From: Saprolegnia diclina VS20
Taxonomy: Eukaryota
NCBI RefSeq assembly: GCF_000281045.1
Contig: NW_008246111.1
Coordinates: 428,569 to 492,568, forward strand
Direction of reading: 5' to 3'
DNA: 64,000 nucleotides
Shown: piece after piece, positions 59,855 to 64,000 of the stretch
Layout: each line of letters begins with the position of its first letter
Numbering within the stretch: the stretch's first letter is position 1
Program-made: the position numbers and the translations under genes
The notes under the pieces: generated by a model
What the model was told of the DNA's origin: nothing
What the model saw: only the letters and a program-made list of their open reading frames with translations
Databases searched by the model: none

Positions 59855-62722
59855 ATGGCGAGCCCGGCGACGGTCGAGCAAGATGTCCTGGCTGTCGACA
59901 TTGGTAGCATTGACATGAGTACCGTGACTGGACTCCAGACGACCGCGACGACGAGTCGCCTTCCGCTGGCGATGGGGCCTCGCCGCGTACTAGTACCAGA
60001 CTTTGGACGGACGAGCCTGCGTCGGCGCAGTGGCGAGGCCTCGGCCCACGTGAGCCGCCGCATATCCGAAATTGCACGGCAGGCCGGTTCGCTCGGGCGC
60101 AGTGCGTTTACGCTCCGGCGCATCTCGATGGTGTCGTCGACGGACCTCAAGATCGACGCCCTCACGTCACGCGAGGTTGCGACGACATACGTGCTGTTCC
60201 ACCTCGCGCTTGCGCTCGGGATGCTTCTTAGTCTCACAACTGTGCTCTTCTGGCTCAACTCGGACAACAGCGCGAGTGTCGCCGCCGCGGGCGAAGGGCT
60301 CTGGTTCGTCATCAGCATCGGCCACTACGCGAGCTATGTCTTCATCTCGGTTGCTTGCGGTGTCTTTGCGCGCCGTATTTACGTCCTTCCCGCGCGCCAG
60401 CCCGTTCAGGAGACAATGGCGTACATTGCAAGCACGTATGGCGTCATCACGCTTGGCGAGTTCATCGTAGAAGCATCACTCTCTGTGCGCGCCGGCCACG
60501 TGTGGAGCACGTGCCACGGCAGTGGCGACGTCGAGCCCGTGAGCTTGGTCGTTCGCAACGTCCTCAACGCCATCCAGGCTACGGTCTTCTACGTTGTGCT
60601 CACAAAGGTCTGCAGCTGCTTCCGCGTGAGCGAGGCCACGCACCACGCAACCCGAGTCACAGACATTGGAACATCGGCCACCATGTTCCTCGTCTACATC
60701 GGGCTCCGTGTCTACCTCGGCGTGGTCAACGGCATCATCCTGGACTACGTGCCCATGACCAACGCCATCACGACAATTCGGCTCCGGTACTTGGAGGAAG
60801 GCAGCGCGACCGTGACACCACCGCTCCGCGTCGTGACAGCAACCTTGGTCGTGACAGCGTGCGACGTTGGCTTCTCGCTCTGGGCGTGGGCCGAGATTGC
60901 AGCCGTGCGCCGGTCGTTCCGCGAGACTTTCGTGCGCAACCTCTCCAAGCTCCTCATCGCTTTCAACTTTTTCATGTACTACAACGCACAGATGATCTTG
61001 GTACTCGTCCTGAGCGGCCACCTCGTCGCATGGCTCCTCCCCATCAACTACTACAGCGCCGACGGTACTGCGCTTCGCTGCACGGGCAGCCTCGCCGTCA
61101 CGTTCGGACTCAAGCTCACCATCGCAGGCTGGCTCGTCACGGCCATGTGAGATGCTCTTTCCAATCGTTGTGCTTGGATTGAAGTGGTGTGATAGGTACG
61201 CCTGCCTGCCGACGGACGCCGTCGGTCTTCGCGGTTGGTTTGTATCGTCGCCCAACGCGCTCGCGGCCCCGACGCACCGCATTCGGTACTTTTGCCACGC
61301 CTCGGACGTGCACCAAACCGCCAACTTTCGCCTCGTCGACATGCTCCAGAACACGCTCGTGATCGAGCCGCGCCATTTTGTGCTGGAGGACCAGATCGAG
61401 ATGTTCAATTTTGCATACCTTGCGTACGCGTGTGGCAACAAGGACTACTCGCAGGACTTTCTGCATCTCCACAGGATGATTGGCAGCGCCGAGTTTGCGC
61501 TGGCAGACCACCTCCACGACCCGAAGAGCGACACGCACTGCCTCATTGCGCACTCGACCGACAAGATCATCGTCGCCTTCCGCGGCTCGATGAGCTGGAA
61601 AAACTACAAGACGGACCTCAATGCCTCCAAGCACATGTGTGTCGACTACAACTTGCTTCCGGCCGCGAGCGACGACAAGAGGCCGCGCTTCGTGCCACAC
61701 AACATCTCTCGCCCCAACTTTTGCAAAGCTAAGACGCCGTGGGTCCACGGTGGCTTTTGGGACGCGTACCAATCCGTAGCCGACCGCGTCCTCGCTCGCC
61801 TCGAAACAATGAACGAAGAAAACCCGCGCAGCATGTACTTTACCGGTCATAGTCTTGGCGGTGCGCTCGCCACGCTCTGCAGTCTCGACGTGGCCTTCAA
61901 GTACGGTGCGTCGCGCGTCGCGTGCACAACCTTTGGGTGTCCGCGCGTCGGCGGCAATGCGTACAAGCGCGTCTACAACGCCCGTGTACCGGCCAACTTT
62001 CGCTTCGTGAACGCCCAGGACCCCGTGTGCCACACGCCGGTGCATTTTATTATCCATTATGATGAGCTCTCACAGTAATGTAGCTGCGGACACTGTGGGA
62101 CTCGTTCACTGAAGTCGGCACGACCGTCGTCCTCGATCGGCTTGGGAACCTGGTTGTGGACCCAAACCTGCTCGAGTACGACTTACTGAACCGCGGCATT
62201 TCGGGCGATGCGCACCGCCTCACGTCGTACCAAATGGCGCTCTTTCTGTGGTGCAAACGAGCCCACCCGCGGCGGTTCGAGCCCAAGTTCTGGTCGCACT
62301 CGCTCCAGAAGCTGCGCGAACACCACGGCCACGTGCCCGAGGTGCTGCACTACCTGCACAAGCGATCGCTCTTTGTACGCACAGCCAATGACGCCGACGA
62401 CGACCGAGTCTTGACGGAAATCACGACGACTGTGCTCCCCACGCGCAAGACGCTCGGGCTGTTCCAGCGCCCCGTGATTTGCTTTGCGACGAACGACACG
62501 ATCGAGGCCCTTGTCGCCGCGCACCTCGTGCCCTCCGAAGCCGACGCCGTCGAGGTCGGCCGCGTCCTGCTTGTGAAAGGCGCTATCCACATGGTCGACG
62601 ACCCCCAAGTGTTTCGGCACGATGCGTACTTTACGATTGTCAAGCGGCCAGCGAAAGTGGCCCCCGCCGAGAGTCGCTCGACAATGCCAGAGAAAACGAC
62701 CGTGTCCTCCAACGATGCATGA
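59855..62722 (+). CDS. Multi-pass membrane protein fused to class-3 lipase and C-terminal DEP-like domain; 3 exons
   Basis: About 8 hydrophobic segments; intron 61147-61195; IIVAFRGS, VHGGFW, FTGHSLGG, TFGCPRVG, NAQDPV, AHRL; terminal CFATNDTIEALV....SEADAVEVGRVLLVKGAIHMV....F resembles DEP. Confidence 0.85.
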
Positions 62723-62972
62723 GAGATGAAGTATCAAACTATCAACGGTTGTCGCTCCTTCGTCAAACCAAGAACAGGCCAGTGTATAAAACAGTGCTCA
62801 AACACTGTTTGGACAACAAACGGGCGTTTTCTGGCCCCGTTAATGATTGGTCAAAATAAAGGAATATCCGCGAATCCAATACCCGCGACGAATTTTAATA
62901 GTGGGTACCGCCGAAAGTCTTTTAAAATGTATTGCTGCGCGAGGGGCTCGCAATTAAATACGAGCGGTTTCC

Positions 62973-63004
62973 GGCGCGAATAAAAAACCCGAGCTTGGCG
63001 CGAA
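62973..63004. promoter_or_regulatory. Two E2F-like sites (GGCGCGAA) upstream of DNA polymerase alpha
   Basis: GGCGCGAA at 62973-62980 and 62997-63004 (reverse complements ATTCGCGCC and TTCGCGCCAA), 30-65 nt before the ATG; CCAAT-type ATTGG near 62847. Confidence 0.45.
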
Positions 63005-63036
63005 GCCCATTTGCGGAGTTTGTGGTTTTGCCAAGC

Positions 63037-64000
63037 ATGTCCCGACGGTCCGCGCGCAGCTCCGCGGGTGGCAGCCGCAGCCAGGCGCTGAGCGAGATCC
63101 GCCGCCTGCGCGACGCCGTCGTTGGCGACGACGAAGACAAGAAGGTCCGGCGCATCGACACGTACAACGCGGCCGAGTCCAGCATCTACCAGGAGGTGAC
63201 CGAGGAAGAGTACAACGAGCTGGTCCGGAAGCGCCGCGAAGAGCTGCCCTTTGTCGAGGACGATGAAGGTGGCATGGGCTACTATGACGACGGCGAGGAG
63301 CAGTACTTTGACGCCGACCCTGACGGCGACGAAGAGATGGTCGACGACGCCGACACGGACGTCTCCGGCAAGAAGCGCCCCAACACGGGCGCCCTCTCGA
63401 GCGCCTATGTGAAGCGCGCCAAAAAGATTCAACGCGCAAAACTCGGCGCTGGTGACCAAAAGATCACGAGCATGTTCTTCTCCAAGCCAGGAGGCGCCCC
63501 AGAGGTCAAGGCTGCGTCCAAGCCTAAGCACGTCAAGCGCGGTAGCGAATTATGCATTCTTCGCTGTCGGCTTAGTATTCATCTTGTGTAGATATTGATC
63601 TCGATAGCATGCTCGATGACCTGACGAGCAACCCCATGGAGAAGACGCTGCCGCGGTCTGTCCGCACATTCCCCACCGCACCAACGCCATTCGCACGCCC
63701 GGCAAAGCCTGCGACTCGCAGTCCTGCATTTTCCGCGCCTACGTCGCATGCGCGAAGCAAACCAAATGACGCGGTCAACGAGCATGACGACAACCTCGAT
63801 GCGTTCGATGACACTGGATACGATTACGACGGTGGCGACAACGACTCGATCGGTGAAGAGGAGCCCATGTCGAGCGAGCCCGCGCTGGCACCTATTGTCG
63901 AAGACGAAGTCGTCGCCGAGGTTTTCAACGAAGCACCTCTCCCAGAGCGCAGCTTGACGAAGCGCGAGATGCTCCTGAAGAAGGTGGAAAACATCCAAAC
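63037..64000 (+). CDS. POLA1: DNA polymerase alpha catalytic subunit, 5' part (truncated by window)
   Basis: ALSEIRRLR..IYQEVTEEEYNELVRKRR...FVEDD.GGMGYYDDGEE is the DNA pol alpha N-terminal motif; intron after 63541. Confidence 0.88.

Noticed and set aside
60476..62057. Minus-strand 300-aa ORFs over the lipase gene
   Set aside because: Antisense shadows of a clear lipase CDS.

Overview
Gene-dense, GC-rich eukaryotic DNA with many 40-75 nt GT-AG introns. The gene content (KRE6/SKN1-like GH16, ankyrin-TKL kinase, CBM1+PAN/Apple proteins, secreted tyrosinases, GT71, CFAP58) points to an oomycete, most likely a saprolegnian water mould; this is an inference. About 25 genes and one tRNA-Leu(UAG) are supported. 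They include a tandem array of seven secreted 2xCBM1+PAN-like paralogues (6.8-16.2 kb), a giant CxxC-repeat type I membrane protein flanked by two paralogous multi-TM genes, RNase T2 beside a MOV10/SDE3-like helicase, three secreted tyrosinases, and housekeeping genes (adenylate kinase, mS34, RPL32, mitochondrial MDH, DNA polymerase alpha). The most interesting items are: (1) the CBM1 array looks mosaic, with modules swapped between paralogues and a shared non-coding element; (2) a winged-helix-like/acidic tandem-repeat/CaaX protein; (3) a multi-TM + class-3 lipase + DEP fusion. There are four N-gaps, one of them probably false. Exon boundaries were read by eye and family calls come from remembered motifs; no database searches were run.
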